The notes under the pieces were generated by a model that made no database searches, was not told the origin of the DNA, and was given only the letters and a program-made list of their open reading frames with translations. From the NCBI RefSeq assembly GCF_011745625.1, contig NW_027191465.1, positions 186,001 to 250,000 of the forward strand: a DNA stretch of 64,000 nt. Direction: 5' to 3'. Positions 24,293-36,401 of this stretch are shown one piece after another. The position numbers and the translations under genes are program-made. Origin of the DNA: Cladosporium halotolerans (Eukaryota). The stretch's first letter is position 1, and every line of letters starts with the position of its first letter.

Positions 24293-25627
24293 ATGCCGCC
24301 ATGTCTCCCTCGTCTCCGGCAAGCGGCGTCTGCTCCGACATGGCTCAAGAGAGCGTACTCGATCGTTGCGCCAGCCGCGTCTGAGCGCGTCGCAGTGCAG
24401 GCTCACGGCAATGGAGAGATATCGCTAGAGTAAGGCCTCTGATTGCAGTGTAGACATAGCGATTAATTACTTACACCGCGCAGTATTTACCATCCCACTG
24501 CAGGACCCCCGCCTACCCATGGCCCATCAACTGTAGTACTTCTGCTGCCCCGAGGACCACTAGTCAACCACCCGGAGTCCGACATTGCCAATGCATCGTA
24601 CCTCCGCTCTACGCTTCCCTACACGGTAGCCCAAATCAACTACCGTCTCGGCAGAGACAACCCCTACCCCACGCCCGTCCACGATGTCCTAGCAGGCTAC
24701 GACTGGGCCATCGAGCACCTTCTTCCCAAACGCTCCATCACCCGCGCCGGCCGCTCCGAGCACGTCGGCCGCGTCTGCGTGCTGGGCGAGCTCCTCGGCG
24801 GCTCGCTGGCTACCATGCTCGCCTTGACTGAATGCCGCAAAGGGCAGCCGGGCGTCGTGGCAGCGGCCGTCAACAGCCCTTTCGTAGACTGGATCCAGCC
24901 CGAAGAAGACATTGACCTGAGGGCGCCGAAATCCAGCCTCGCGAAACACGGGCAGGCTCACCCGGGCCTATCCATCGACGACTTCCTTCGAGCGAGGGGC
25001 TACTACTTCTCCAAGCCCGAAGCCTACTTCGACCCCTTCGCCAGCCCCATCCTCTTCTTCCGGTCTCCCGGCGCGGAAGTCCCGGTCTCCACGCGCTCGG
25101 AACTCGACGAGCTGGAATTGCTCAGCAATATCGAGCGCGAGGACTTCCACCGCCAGCAGCAACTGCTTAGCGGGATAGGTAACCTCTCCATGCTACAGGA
25201 CATCGCGTCCGGCAACAGCAGCGAAGAAGGTGCCGAAGCCAGTAGACCAAATCCGCGGAAAGCCTCGCGCCAGTTCCCGAGCAAGAGTCTCAATCTGTCT
25301 CTACCTAGCCTCCACGTCTCGACGGGGAATGCTTCGCCGCTGGCGGACCAGGCGGTGGAGTTGGCGGGGGCGATGCGAAAGAGTATTGCAAGGCAGTTTC
25401 GCGCTACTTCTGGCCGCAGGAATGGGTTCGGGCAGAAAGTGCTCATGGACCATGAGGAGGAGCAGATGGACGAAGAGCAGAGGCTCGAGAGGCTTGCTGA
25501 GGAGGCGGAGGCGAACGACAAGGTTAGTTTTGGGTGGAACGAGGGGCTGGGATTGTGGGATCAGTCTCCCGCAGGGAGAAAAGGGTTGGAGACTGCTACG
25601 GCGTGGGTGAGAGAGCAGTTGAGGTAA
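24293..25627 (+). CDS. Alpha/beta-hydrolase fold protein (abhydrolase_3-like), probably non-catalytic
   Basis: ATG 24293, intron 24430-24483. INYRL..PYPTPVHDVLAGYDW. The nucleophile elbow reads GELLGG instead of GxSxG. Confidence 0.8.
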
Positions 25628-25813
25628 TACCTTCCAGTCCAAACATTATACACTACTGTACAGATGCATATGTAAAGATACCCCATTCTCCTCGAAATGC
25701 AAACACCAGTTTGAGCTTGGAAGGGCTTCAGCAAGATTGGAACAACCCTCGGCTCTGGACTCTCCTGAGCGATCGGACAGCCATCACTGAGCGATGTCTG
25801 ATCACCTGAATCT

Positions 25814-25915
25814 CTACTTCTGCGGCTTGGGATGCGGCTTTCCCTGCTCCTGCCACATGCAGAAGATTTGGCCACAATACGGACAAACGGGTGGCTTGTG
25901 CGGCTTGGGTGGCAT
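25814..25915 (-). CDS. Candidate 33-aa microprotein with CPYC..C
   Basis: Manual translation MPPKPHKPPVCPYCGQIFCMWQEQGKPHPKPQK. TATAAAA on the minus strand at 26080-26086. Confidence 0.3.
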   Translation of the reverse strand: MPPKPHKPPVCPYCGQIFCMWQEQGKPHPKPQK

Positions 25916-28150
25916 AGCTGCTTTGACTTAAATTGGAGGTCTCTCGTACTCGGTTATCGTAGAATGAGCAAGATTAGCCTTGGTGGTGTGTTGACGCGGG
26001 CGGAAGCCGTGGGTTGAAATGTGGGTTAGTACAGCTGTGGTAGAAGGTGGTGACATGTTGTGGTACTGTAAATTAAGGTTTTTATATGGATCTCTTGGGA
26101 GAGGTATGGTACGGTTACTGAGGTTCGAGGCTCGCCGCGGTGTAGTGAAGGGTGGGATGATCCGAGGTTTCTTCGAGGGGAGTGGCGTGTGAATGTCCAG
26201 AGCGTATATTGGCGAGCGGTTCTAGTAGCTGTCATAGAGATGACTTGCATTAGTGTGGATGCCATACCATGAAGTTGCAGCGTCAGTAGCAGATGATCTA
26301 TTGTAAAAGGTGTCGTTGGAGAGTCGGCGCAGCGTGTCAATCAATGTACCTCTGCCAGACCGTCAGTGAACTCTTCACGTTGGTCAAGGGCAGTGGAGGC
26401 AGCAATCTTGGTATTGAGACAATACCCTACACAGAGATGACGTTGAATTTAGATAAGCGCGCGGGACCTGAAGGATAGCGTGAGTGAATAGGGCGTGTGG
26501 ATGACTTTCCATGGGACGAAGCTTCAACAGCTGTCAAATCGGGTTCCATGCATTGAGTTCGCGACGACCCAGATTCAAGCGTAGCCCAGATTAGACATGT
26601 GACATTGGCAGGCATCTCAACTTTCTCCGCTAAAGGTGCATTGCGTCAAAAGATGTACTGTGCGAGGAAACCCGTTCCTAAAGGACGACCATTTTGCCCG
26701 ACCAATTGCAAGATTGGCGCAGACCAAGGGTGAGGCCCTCGGGTACTCGAATGTGTCTAGCCTTTGGAAGACTTCGACGTGTTCAACCACAGTCACAATG
26801 TTGGAATCGCCGCGAGATAATCCGAATTTGATTGTCTAAAAGATAAGGGAACACGTCACGATTACTTTTCCCGGCGGAGAGAAGACTCTATCACAGCGGT
26901 TGCAGAACATGTCAAGATGGCAGCTCAGACCTATTCAGAATGACAAGTCAAATGCATGTCGTATTGCTGTGTTGAGCGTGAAGCACGATTTCCTAGGCTG
27001 AGCTTCAACCTCGAAGATGGCGGGAAATCATACGCATGGCGGTACGGTTGTCGGGCGGAAATAGCACAGTTTCAAGAAGGACAGTGGAAACCTTCAGAGC
27101 TACAGGAGCTGTCATTCTGCCTTCGTGGCAACCAGGGCTCGTACTTCATCGAGGACGAGCATGTGATGTCAATGATGCGAGCGATGTGTGGCTCGCAAGG
27201 GTGGTCTGGACATTGGAACGGGAGACACGGTCGGTATGTCTCAGCACCCTGAGGCTGGGAGGGATGACTTTTCGATTCTATGCCAGACGGCTCAGCAATG
27301 GGTGGAAACCTCTGAGGACAAGTCCTGACGGTTGAAAGTGCCGGTGGTGAAGTAGAAAGGCTGAGTAAATTTCTCTAGAAGTATCATACCAGAATCAGTA
27401 TGATACCGGTAATGACGGCAGCATTGATGACTTTGCCGTCAGTGAGTTTGCGCATTAAAAAGCCCTCGCATTCCCGGGAAAGCGGCGATAGCGGAGTGCC
27501 AGGCTGGATTTTGGCGTAGCGATGGCTTAACGATGAGAACGAGCGGCACGCTATAATGATAATCTGACGGCAAAGTATACGAAGTCTGATAGGGCAGTGG
27601 CGGCGGTGTTGCTAATAAAAGCGGCTTCAAGGTTGGATTCGGGAGTAAAAGCCGAGGCATCGGGTGACTGAGGCAGCAATGCCGCTAGGCGACTCCACGG
27701 CTCGTCATGTCGCCGGCGCGCCGTCGTCACTCGCCGCCCTGCACTTCGAGCGCACAACAGTCTCGTGACGCGCTCGGCGGCGCAAGGCGCACGCATCTGT
27801 CGCTCTGTACCGTCATCCCACCACGTATAGCCTTTCGTCTGACCCGCAGCCGCCGGCATCGACGCCCATACCACGGTAGGCAAGGCCAGCACGCCAGCAG
27901 TGTCTCACCGGTCTCCAGCCCGAGTCCCTCGTCCCACTCGGCGCATTCTCTTCCTATATTTGCTCCGCCACACCTCGCGCCTTGTGCTACATCCTCACCT
28001 GCACTCTTGCAGAACGTGTCTTAAATTGCCCTCCTCACGACTCACTGAGCTCACCAACTTACATTCTCCGCCCCCCATCAGCTGCTTCTCCTTCCTGCGG
28101 ACACCAACACCACCGCACCGAAAGCCGTGCAAAAGCACTGGTCCTCCCCA

Positions 28151-28990
28151 ATGTCGGCGCAAGACTACTACAACCCGGGCGGCAGTGCCCCTGCGCCGAG
28201 CAATCCTATTCCCGTGCCGCAGCAAAACAACCAACAACCGCCTGCACCGCCCCAGCAGCAACAACAAACCCCTCCCTACCCGCTGTACGACGGCCCTCCA
28301 CCACCTTACTCTCTCACTGAGGACCAGCGACCACACTCTCAACCTCCGCCACTGCAACGGCCAGATCCAAGCCAGCAGCCGCAATACCGTCCTACCCGCC
28401 TCTCATCCGAGTACCGCCCACAACCTCAACAACCTCAACAACCTCAACCGCAGCGCTACAACTCCTCGCCACCTGAGAAGCGCCCATACCCACCGTACGA
28501 AGACTATCGCCGTGATGATCGACCTTCTATGCAGTATGGCCAACACTCGGGGCACAATGTCCACTTCGACGCCCGACCTTCCTCCAACTCGTCAAAATAT
28601 CCGCCGCCCGGCAACCAATATCAGTCGATTTACCGTGGCCGCAAAGACGAGTATGACAACCGCTACTACGACGAAGACTACGAGCGACGAAACCGCAGCC
28701 GCAGCCGGAGTCGCAGCCGCGACCGCGACCGCGAACCAAGGCGCCGGCACGTGGAGCGCAAAAAGAGCAGCGGCGTCAACACTTTCCTCGGAGCCGGCGG
28801 CGGCGCTATACTCGGCGACATGATCTTCCCAGGCTTGGGAACCATAGGCGGCGCTCTGCTGGGCGGAGTCGGCGGCCACGAGTACGGAAAGGCAAGGGAC
28901 AAGACGCACCACGAGCGAGCGCCGGGCTCAGGAAGGAGGCCACGGCGGTACAGCGACGATGACGCGGACTACCGGCGGCGGAAGTACTGA
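28151..28990 (+). CDS. Pro/Gln-rich protein with PPPY, an RS tract and a C-terminal glycine-zipper (2TM-like) motif
   Basis: MSAQDYYN..., DGPPPPYS, RSRSRSRSRD, FLGAGGGAILGDMIFPGLGTIGGALLGGVGGHEYG. Confidence 0.8.
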   Translation: MSAQDYYNPGGSAPAPSNPIPVPQQNNQQPPAPPQQQQQTPPYPLYDGPPPPYSLTEDQRPHSQPPPLQRPDPSQQPQYRPTRLSSEYRPQPQQPQQPQPQRYNSSPPEKRPYPPYEDYRRDDRPSMQYGQHSGHNVHFDARPSSNSSKYPPPGNQYQSIYRGRKDEYDNRYYDEDYERRNRSRSRSRSRDRDREPRRRHVERKKSSGVNTFLGAGGGAILGDMIFPGLGTIGGALLGGVGGHEYGKARDKTHHERAPGSGRRPRRYSDDDADYRRRKY

Positions 28991-29327
28991 GAGTCATCGA
29001 TGCTGACGGAGAACGGCTGCTTGTGTAACGATCTCGCGATGACGCCCCGGGCGCTGGCCGCCTTTATGATGACCTTAATGGGTTTATGGTTCTTTTGGAT
29101 TATTCGTAGATCCCGTCGAATGGGAGAGCGGTTTTAGCAGGATCAGCATGCATTGATAGTCATCGGCACAAACGCAAGGCCAGGAACTTGACGCCGGCCT
29201 TGCCACTTTGTTTCTTATATATCCCCAGAGTATTCAAGAGAGGCATTCCATACCGAGATTTGATTCGAGTCATACCCTATGTCCAGAAATATGTGTTGCA
29301 AAACTACAGAGTATTCCCTCCCACAGC

Positions 29328-31790
29328 CTAAACCGACAAACTCCCCTCGCTAACCCCACGCACAAAACCAGGCCTCCCATCAGGCACACGCAAGCTACTA
29401 GGACTCCCAACCTCCGACGCCTGCTCGTCGTGACTCGCCCTCGCACCCGGCGGACTGCCGCTCGAACTCCTGCCCCCAATCAGCGGCGCATCGCTGCTCG
29501 ATCTCGGCCTCGAATGCTGCAGATCAGCCAGCGGTGTAGCGCCACCCGGCAGCAGCTCGGGCACGAACGGCGTCGTGCGTTTCGTCCAGCGCACGCTGCG
29601 GCGGTTCTGCCCAAGCGCCGCCGTCGGAGCAGTGGCCTTCGCCGTGCGTCCTTGAATGGACTGCGAGAGCAGCCTGCGCGCGAAGTAGCCGGCTTCGATG
29701 GCGTAGTGCATGCTGTCGCGGAAGGGGCTCGTGAGCCAGCGAAAGTGGCGCGTGAGGTACAGACCTCTGGCGGCATCGCGCACGTCGGCGGTGCTGAGGT
29801 GGCTCTGCAGGCACCATTCAGTGACGATGTAGCTCATAGCGGCCGCCATGATAGTGCTGGATAGCACGGTGGCGATGGTCCAGTTCGTACGGACGTAGGG
29901 CGAGGTTGCAGTGTTGTAGACGTTCCAGTCGATATAGCCTCCGCCGCCGCCCCAGGTGGAAGACTTGCATTTGCAGTTGTTGTAGGCTCCTGTAGTTTGC
30001 GCGAGCGTGATATAGCAAAGCCAGATGCAGTTGAAGCATTCGATGGGCTTGAAGAAGATGCGGTCGACTCGTTGCGCCGCGCTCTTTTCTTGCCAGCCCA
30101 TCCACCATGCTTTGACTTGTTGGTCTGCCGCAGTCGCGAACGACGGCGAAGTAAGTTTTGATAGCTGGTTTTGAAGGAAGTTTCTGCAGGCGAGAACGGC
30201 TTTGGAGCTTCGCTCATCGAAGTGGTTCCGTCGCTGTGCATACCAAACCAGGAACTGGACCATTTGAGGATGTCGGAGAGTGTTCCTCCTCATCTCGGAC
30301 AGTCTTGGCTTAGACGCATCGAAGACCCACCAGCAAACCATCTCGACCAGCAAAAGGCCAAAGGCCACAGTTCCAAAGATCGTGTAGCCTCCAGATCGGC
30401 AGCCGAGACCGACAGTTGGTGTGAAGTAGGACAGGATGAAAGCTCCCAAAGTAGTTCCGCCAACAACAACAACCGCGCTGAGAACCTGCCACAATTCTCT
30501 TGGGTCCAGCCAGTCCAAGCCGCCGGAGACATCGCCAAGCACGAGTTTGTTCCTCGCCTCTGCTTCAAAGTGCAGCCAGTCCCGTCCTCTGTCCGCGATA
30601 TACGCTCGTTCGATGTCTGTTAGGATAGGATGCGCCGCGCCGTAGTGGAATCTCTTGCGACCTTGGCCGGCAAATTTGACGAAGAAGTTCTCGAGCTCGG
30701 GGCACGCCTTGCTGATCTTCTCAACCCAGCCGTTCATTTCTGTCTGCTGCGTGCGGTCTGCAATGGTTTCCAGATAATCGCGCTTGACAGTGTCGTCCAT
30801 GAGTGACTGTCGCACACGATCTACTAGCTCGTTGAGCCTCATTCGGATGTCGTCTGCTGCGACCGGGTTGCGATCGACAATGGATGAGAGAATGAGGACT
30901 GGTAGCCAGGCGAGAAGTAATCCGAGTGCAAGATCATGCGCCTGTGCGTTCTCACCAAGGAAGCCGAAAGCGCCTTGAATGGAGAGCCCGAGAGAGAAGA
31001 CGAACCACATAGTGGAAATGAAGACCGGAACAACTCCACGTCTTCGCTTAGCTCGCAAGTCGTCCGCCAGCTGCTGACGAAGCAACGTAAGATATTCCGC
31101 CGACTCCATATCTGCATCCGGGCGTGGAGGGTCTGGTGTGTTCTGGCCATTGACTGTGAATACTGGCGCCCACTGGCCACCTGGCGGACCTGTCCCTTCA
31201 AAAGACGCACGCGGTACCTCTCCTTCGGGAGCCTGCCCAACCTTGAGCAGACGAAGGTCTTTCGAGAATAGTGCAATTCGCAGCAAGCCCTCTGCTTCCT
31301 TCTTCTGCCGCACGTGTTCCTTCATGGTGTACTGGTTCATCGTCATCAATAAGTAGAAGGAGTCCCTGATCTTGGAGAAATCCGTGTCCTTGTCCGTCAC
31401 GTGCGTGCCATACGGCGTTGCCAGGTCGACCAGCAGAGCACATTTTCCACTGACTTTGATATTCCAGAGAATGTAGGACAGGCTGGCCATAGGCGAACCA
31501 ACCCATCTCGCCAGAGAGAAGATCGTCTCCCAGAAGGCATTGCTTGTAAATGGCGCTTGCAGGAGGATACCAACGACTGGGAGAACCCAAGTCGTCATGG
31601 TACTTGCTTGCTGCTCCCATTTATACCAGTCATTGCCGGTGCCGCAAAGTGATCGACAGCCATAGGTACTGATCTGCGTTGTTGCATTCTTCGGGATCTG
31701 TACGACGTCTCCTGTCCAGCCGTATTGGCGAATGTAATCGGCACTTGGGTTCTCGTAGACTAGCCGGCATTGAGTGAAGTTAGTCCGCAT
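29328..31790 (-). CDS. Multi-pass membrane protein of unknown function
   Basis: 820-aa intronless ORF with many hydrophobic helices and Cys pairs (CRSLCG, GLGCRSG, NNCKCKS). Confidence 0.8.
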   Translation of the reverse strand: MRTNFTQCRLVYENPSADYIRQYGWTGDVVQIPKNATTQISTYGCRSLCGTGNDWYKWEQQASTMTTWVLPVVGILLQAPFTSNAFWETIFSLARWVGSPMASLSYILWNIKVSGKCALLVDLATPYGTHVTDKDTDFSKIRDSFYLLMTMNQYTMKEHVRQKKEAEGLLRIALFSKDLRLLKVGQAPEGEVPRASFEGTGPPGGQWAPVFTVNGQNTPDPPRPDADMESAEYLTLLRQQLADDLRAKRRRGVVPVFISTMWFVFSLGLSIQGAFGFLGENAQAHDLALGLLLAWLPVLILSSIVDRNPVAADDIRMRLNELVDRVRQSLMDDTVKRDYLETIADRTQQTEMNGWVEKISKACPELENFFVKFAGQGRKRFHYGAAHPILTDIERAYIADRGRDWLHFEAEARNKLVLGDVSGGLDWLDPRELWQVLSAVVVVGGTTLGAFILSYFTPTVGLGCRSGGYTIFGTVAFGLLLVEMVCWWVFDASKPRLSEMRRNTLRHPQMVQFLVWYAQRRNHFDERSSKAVLACRNFLQNQLSKLTSPSFATAADQQVKAWWMGWQEKSAAQRVDRIFFKPIECFNCIWLCYITLAQTTGAYNNCKCKSSTWGGGGGYIDWNVYNTATSPYVRTNWTIATVLSSTIMAAAMSYIVTEWCLQSHLSTADVRDAARGLYLTRHFRWLTSPFRDSMHYAIEAGYFARRLLSQSIQGRTAKATAPTAALGQNRRSVRWTKRTTPFVPELLPGGATPLADLQHSRPRSSSDAPLIGGRSSSGSPPGARASHDEQASEVGSPSSLRVPDGRPGFVRGVSEGSLSV

Positions 31791-32642
31791 CGCACTCTAG
31801 TGCAACAAAAGGATAAATGCCCGAGTGCCCAAACTCCAGTCTGGCGGTTTCCAAAGAAAGCGGTTTCGTAAAGTAGGAACTACGTGTAAGTCAATACACT
31901 TCTTGCAACGGCTCCTTAGACCTGAGTATGTCGCATATGAACCACTCAAATACGACACGAAAAATCAACAAGAGATCAACTTTTGTGTGACAAGGGAGTC
32001 ATGGAAGGGCATGGCCACACTCGACGATAAGGCAAACCAAAGGCCTGGATCTACAGTCTTCCGCAACGATCGCCTCAAACCATCAGCCGCAGGCAGCATG
32101 CATAGTCGCAGACACACTAGGCTGCGTGGCGTTCGCAGCTGTGCTCGGAATGGAAGATAAAGACGAGAAACAGCGTCAGGTGACAGGCGCCAAAGCAGGC
32201 GGCCAACGAAGCTGTCTAAGCGCCGGGGCAGCCATCCCGGGGGCTATGCTGCGGTCGACCTGCACAGTGAGGAATGCTGCTTAGAACGAAACAGCATGGA
32301 GTAGCCGAAGAAGAGATGACGGGATGTGTTGTTCTGTCGCGCTATCCCTATCTCCCTCCGCGGTGCCCCAGCCTCGGCAACCCACAGCCTCACCCGCCCT
32401 CCAAAGTCCGGGCCCACCTCCCTTGGTCTCCACTGTCCACCCATGTCCATGTCCCTCGTGCAGTCGATCCCACCTTGGCGGGATCTCTCCTTTTGCTCGC
32501 CTCGGTCTCCGGGCGCCAGGCCTGCGCTCTCGTGTTTCCTCGAGACCAGCCCTGCGACGCCTCCCGATCGACTAACGCTGCACCTACAGATTGACTTTAT
32601 CCGCGGCAACCAAGACATGCAGAGCGCGTCATAAGCGTCAAC

Positions 32643-34523
32643 ATGTCTTATACTCAGGTCAAGACTGTCGAGCCGGCAGTCGACGACGTTCATGAGGAGT
32701 TCGCTGGTCCTTCCCGCCGCTCGGGAGAGGAGCGTGTCGCCCATGCGTACTTCAAATCGAGTGCATCGCTGCACACGGCCATTTCGGTGGCGGCGGGCAC
32801 AGTATGTTTCATGTCCATTGAGCCAATGCTGCCGCTGACCAAAATCCACTAGGTGATGATGCTGTTTGGCTATGAGCAAGGTAATCTTACCGTGACCACG
32901 CAACCAACAGAAATCAAGTCTGACCGAATTCCAGGTGTCTTTGGAGGCATTATCGTTGGCCAAGACTTCATCGAGTACTTCAATCACCCCTCACCAGCCA
33001 TGCAAGGTTTCGTGACTTCGGTGTACGATCTTGGATGCTTCGTCGGTGCGCTCTTGACTCTTTTTGTCGGCGAGAAACTAGGCCGCCGCTGGACGATGCT
33101 CGTGTTCACTGTGATCATGGGTGCTGGCATTCTAATCCAAACCGGGTCTCACAACATGACCCAGATGGTAGGCTGGCCTCGAATCAGTCCAATGAGAAAC
33201 CTGCTGACTTTTCCACTGTTCCTATAGGTGTGGGGTCGATTCATCGCTGGCATCGGGAACGGCGGAAACACCAGCAGTGCACCAGTCTGGCACGTCGAGA
33301 CGTCTCATCAAAGTCAGAAGGGCATTGCCGTCGTCAAAGAGATGAGCGTCAATGTCCTCGGCTTCGTCATTTCGAACTTCATTACGTTGTTCTGCAGCGC
33401 CATCACTACTGAGGCTCAATGGCGCTTTCCACTAGGTTCGCGATCTCTCTTGCTGCCTAGCATTGAATTTTGCTCACGATTACTCGCAGGTGTCCAAATG
33501 GTGTTTGTCGCCATTATTCTAGTCATGGTATACATCCTACCAGAATCGCCAAGATGGCTTCTCGCCCATAGACGTGAGGACGAAGCGAGGCGAGTGCTCT
33601 CCATGCTGAACGACCACGACATCAAAGAGGAGTTCGAGGAGATCCGAACTTCGATACAAGCGGAGCAGGCTGCGCAAGCCTCTTGGACAGAGATGTTCAA
33701 AGGCGGCCTTGGGACACGGCGAGTCTTCCTCGGCATGATGCTACAGCTAGCCCAGCAGCTCAGCGGCGTGAACGCCCTCGGATACTACCTCCCTGTCGTA
33801 CTTCATCGTTCAGTCGGTCTATCAGAAACAATCGCTCGCTGGGTAGCAGCTGCAAACGCCGTGTCCTACTTCCTAACCACAACTACCTCCATCGCCTTCG
33901 TCGACAAAGTCGGCCGCCGCCCCCTCCTCATGATCGGAGCAGCAGTAATGGCGGTCGCATTCTTCGGCGTATCGACTGGTGTGGGAATCGGAGGCGCTCT
34001 GCCCGGAACGACGTGGCCCGGGATCATCGCCGTCATCTTCATCTGGATGTACTTCACCGCCTTCTCCAGCGGCTGGATCTCCATTCCATGGCTGTACGCC
34101 GCCGAAGTCAACGGCCTGAGCATGCGAACCAAAGCAACCTCTCTATCCACCGCCTGCGACTGGCTGGGTAACTACCTTGTAGTGCAGGCGACGCCGCCGG
34201 GCATCCATCATCTAAAATGGGGCTACTACCTCATTTACGGAGTGGTCAACGTCATCTGGGTCCCGCTGATCTACTACTTCCTCGTCGAGACGCGCGGCCG
34301 TAGTCTCGAGGAGACGGATCGCTGGTTCCACAGCAATCCTGGATGGCTGGTCCACAAGGCTGATCATTCTCCGGCTGCGCGTAGTGGGAAGCCGGATGGG
34401 TTGAAGTTGGATACTTTACGGAGGGGAGAGGACTCAGAGGCGATGATGGCTGACTTTGAGCTTGCTAGTGATGAGGAGAGTCCGGTAACGAGGAGGGCAT
34501 CGTTCCCACATTTTGAGCGGTAG
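32643..34523 (+). CDS. MFS sugar porter (Stl1/hexose-transporter-like)
   Basis: LFGYEQG, GEKLGRR, GRFIAGIGNG, WRFPL, PESPRWL, QQLSGVN, DKVGRR, ETRGRSLEE. About four short introns. Confidence 0.93.
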
Positions 34524-34810
34524 TGCCTATCCTAGTGTTCTCAGAAGAACAATACGAGACAAGGTGCCTGCTGTCTTGTTGCGCCGGTTGGGAATAGGAG
34601 GATAGACAAGGTCGCCGGCTCACAATTCCCTCATCAAACCTGTCTCATTACTCTGGCGCATCATTTGTATGCTCATGATCATTGACCTACATCCTGCCTT
34701 TGATCGCTTGTACGGTTGAAAGTCATCGGCTCTGGCTCTAACCTTGCTACGGTCCAAAACCACGTTGACATGAGTGGGCGCCCCAGAACACATGTAACGC
34801 TTACCGAGGT

Positions 34811-35512
34811 GTGAGCACTCCGGCTGACGGTACGTACTACAAAAGCGAAGACGAGCCTTGCAAGCCCTGGCGGTTCGAGGACGAAGTGAAGGCGATCTTC
34901 GACGTCCTACACGAGATCCGCTCTCACCGCGCCAAGCTACGGAGCTGCGATATCCAGCAGTACGACCTCCGCCGGCCCTTCACCAAGCGCTTCATCGGCA
35001 TCGGCTGCCTCGACATCATCTCCAACGAGCCCGGCTTGCGGTCCCGCTGCCGCGAACTGACGGATTCGGCCGCGCAGTGGCTGAAGCTGGCCAACGCGGT
35101 GGACACGGTGAATCTCATCGGCGCCGGCATCGATACGCTGATGATGTCGTCGCTCAAGCAGCGAGGGGTTGCTCTCGAGCCCCCCTGCGGTCATGATATC
35201 TTGACCGCGTCGGCGAAGCGGCTCGATCGGATCGCGCAGAGGTGCGGGAACATTGACGTGGACTGCGTCGAGCTCGCGCCGGAGGTGTTCTGGTGCGATC
35301 CGCACGGGGCTTTTCATTCCAACCCGTGCACATGCGAAGCAGAAGGGGTGGAGAGTTGTCGTGGCGAACGAGTGGTGGAGTTGCGGGACCGTCGGCAGAC
35401 GTTCCTCAAGGGCACGAGAGGCAAGCGCATGTCTCTTGCTTCTATCCTTGAGAGATATCCGACCGCAGCGGTCAGCTTCGGGTCGGCGAGCTCATTGCCG
35501 CGAGTGATTTGA
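34811..35512 (+). pseudogene. 5'-truncated remnant resembling a region of fungal 'Pfs-domain' proteins
   Basis: 233-codon open frame with a GTG start and coding-like codon usage. WRFEDEV..I..L, QWLKLANAVDTVNLIGAG, PPCGHDIL, FW.DP..F..PCTC resemble that family from memory. No convincing 5' exon found. Confidence 0.4.
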
Positions 35513-36401
35513 ACTTGACTGTTAGGTGTGTGCCTCCAATGGGTTTTCAGTCTTCGAGATCATCCACCAGTCTCTGCTTGTTTCCTTTATCACATGGCAT
35601 TTTCTCCGACTTTCTTTGCCAACACCTCCAACCCACCTTCGGTGTTCGGAACGTTCGGACTTACATGTGGATAGCTTCATTCCAGGTACCCCTACGCAAG
35701 CACCTCATAACCCCAAGCCCAACTCCAACCCTGACCCTAACCTTCTCCCGCAGGCAATGCACCCAGCAGCCAGCCGCTAGCGCGAAAGCCCTGGCAAACC
35801 AATCAGCGCTGCCGCCGCACCCTCTCGAGTTCGACAAACAGTCCGACAAGCTGCTGCTACCTTACCAGCCGGCCTTTCCAGATCAGATTCTTCACATGCT
35901 ACCTTATGACAGCCCGGAGCGCTCGCTGGATTTGAACTTTGGATTTCCTGCAGCGCTGCTGGTTGTTACCAGTTTCGAATCTGCACCGGCTATGCTTACG
36001 CTTCATGATCCATTTTGCGATGCACCGCGTTGGACGCCTGCTGAAAGCCGGACTACGATGGTGATTCCCTAACTCTCACCAGATCACATTTGCCAAAGGC
36101 AGCGTGCAGCCCAGGGCTGATACATGGACTACTTCGTTCTGAGACCAGAGGAGAAACTGTTGGGACAAACAAATGTGATCAAGATCCTTTCAAAAATTGC
36201 TACCTATCGTCGAAGGCATGACAGAAATAAGGGGATATAGATAAATAAGAGACGACAACAACAAAAAGATGCTTGTCCGCAAGGAGATGCTTCTTGTCCA
36301 CTTTCCCGAGCTCCCTCTCTTGCTTTACGAAATGAACCTCTCCTCTCTCTCCTCCACCATTAGACAAAAAGGAAAACTCAAGCGTCCTCGTTACCGATTG
36401 C

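Noticed and set aside
26900..27340. 98-aa ORF 26956-27252 (MSYCCVERE...) with a possible downstream donor site
   Set aside because: I could not assemble a consistent exon structure or recognise a family; left uncalled.
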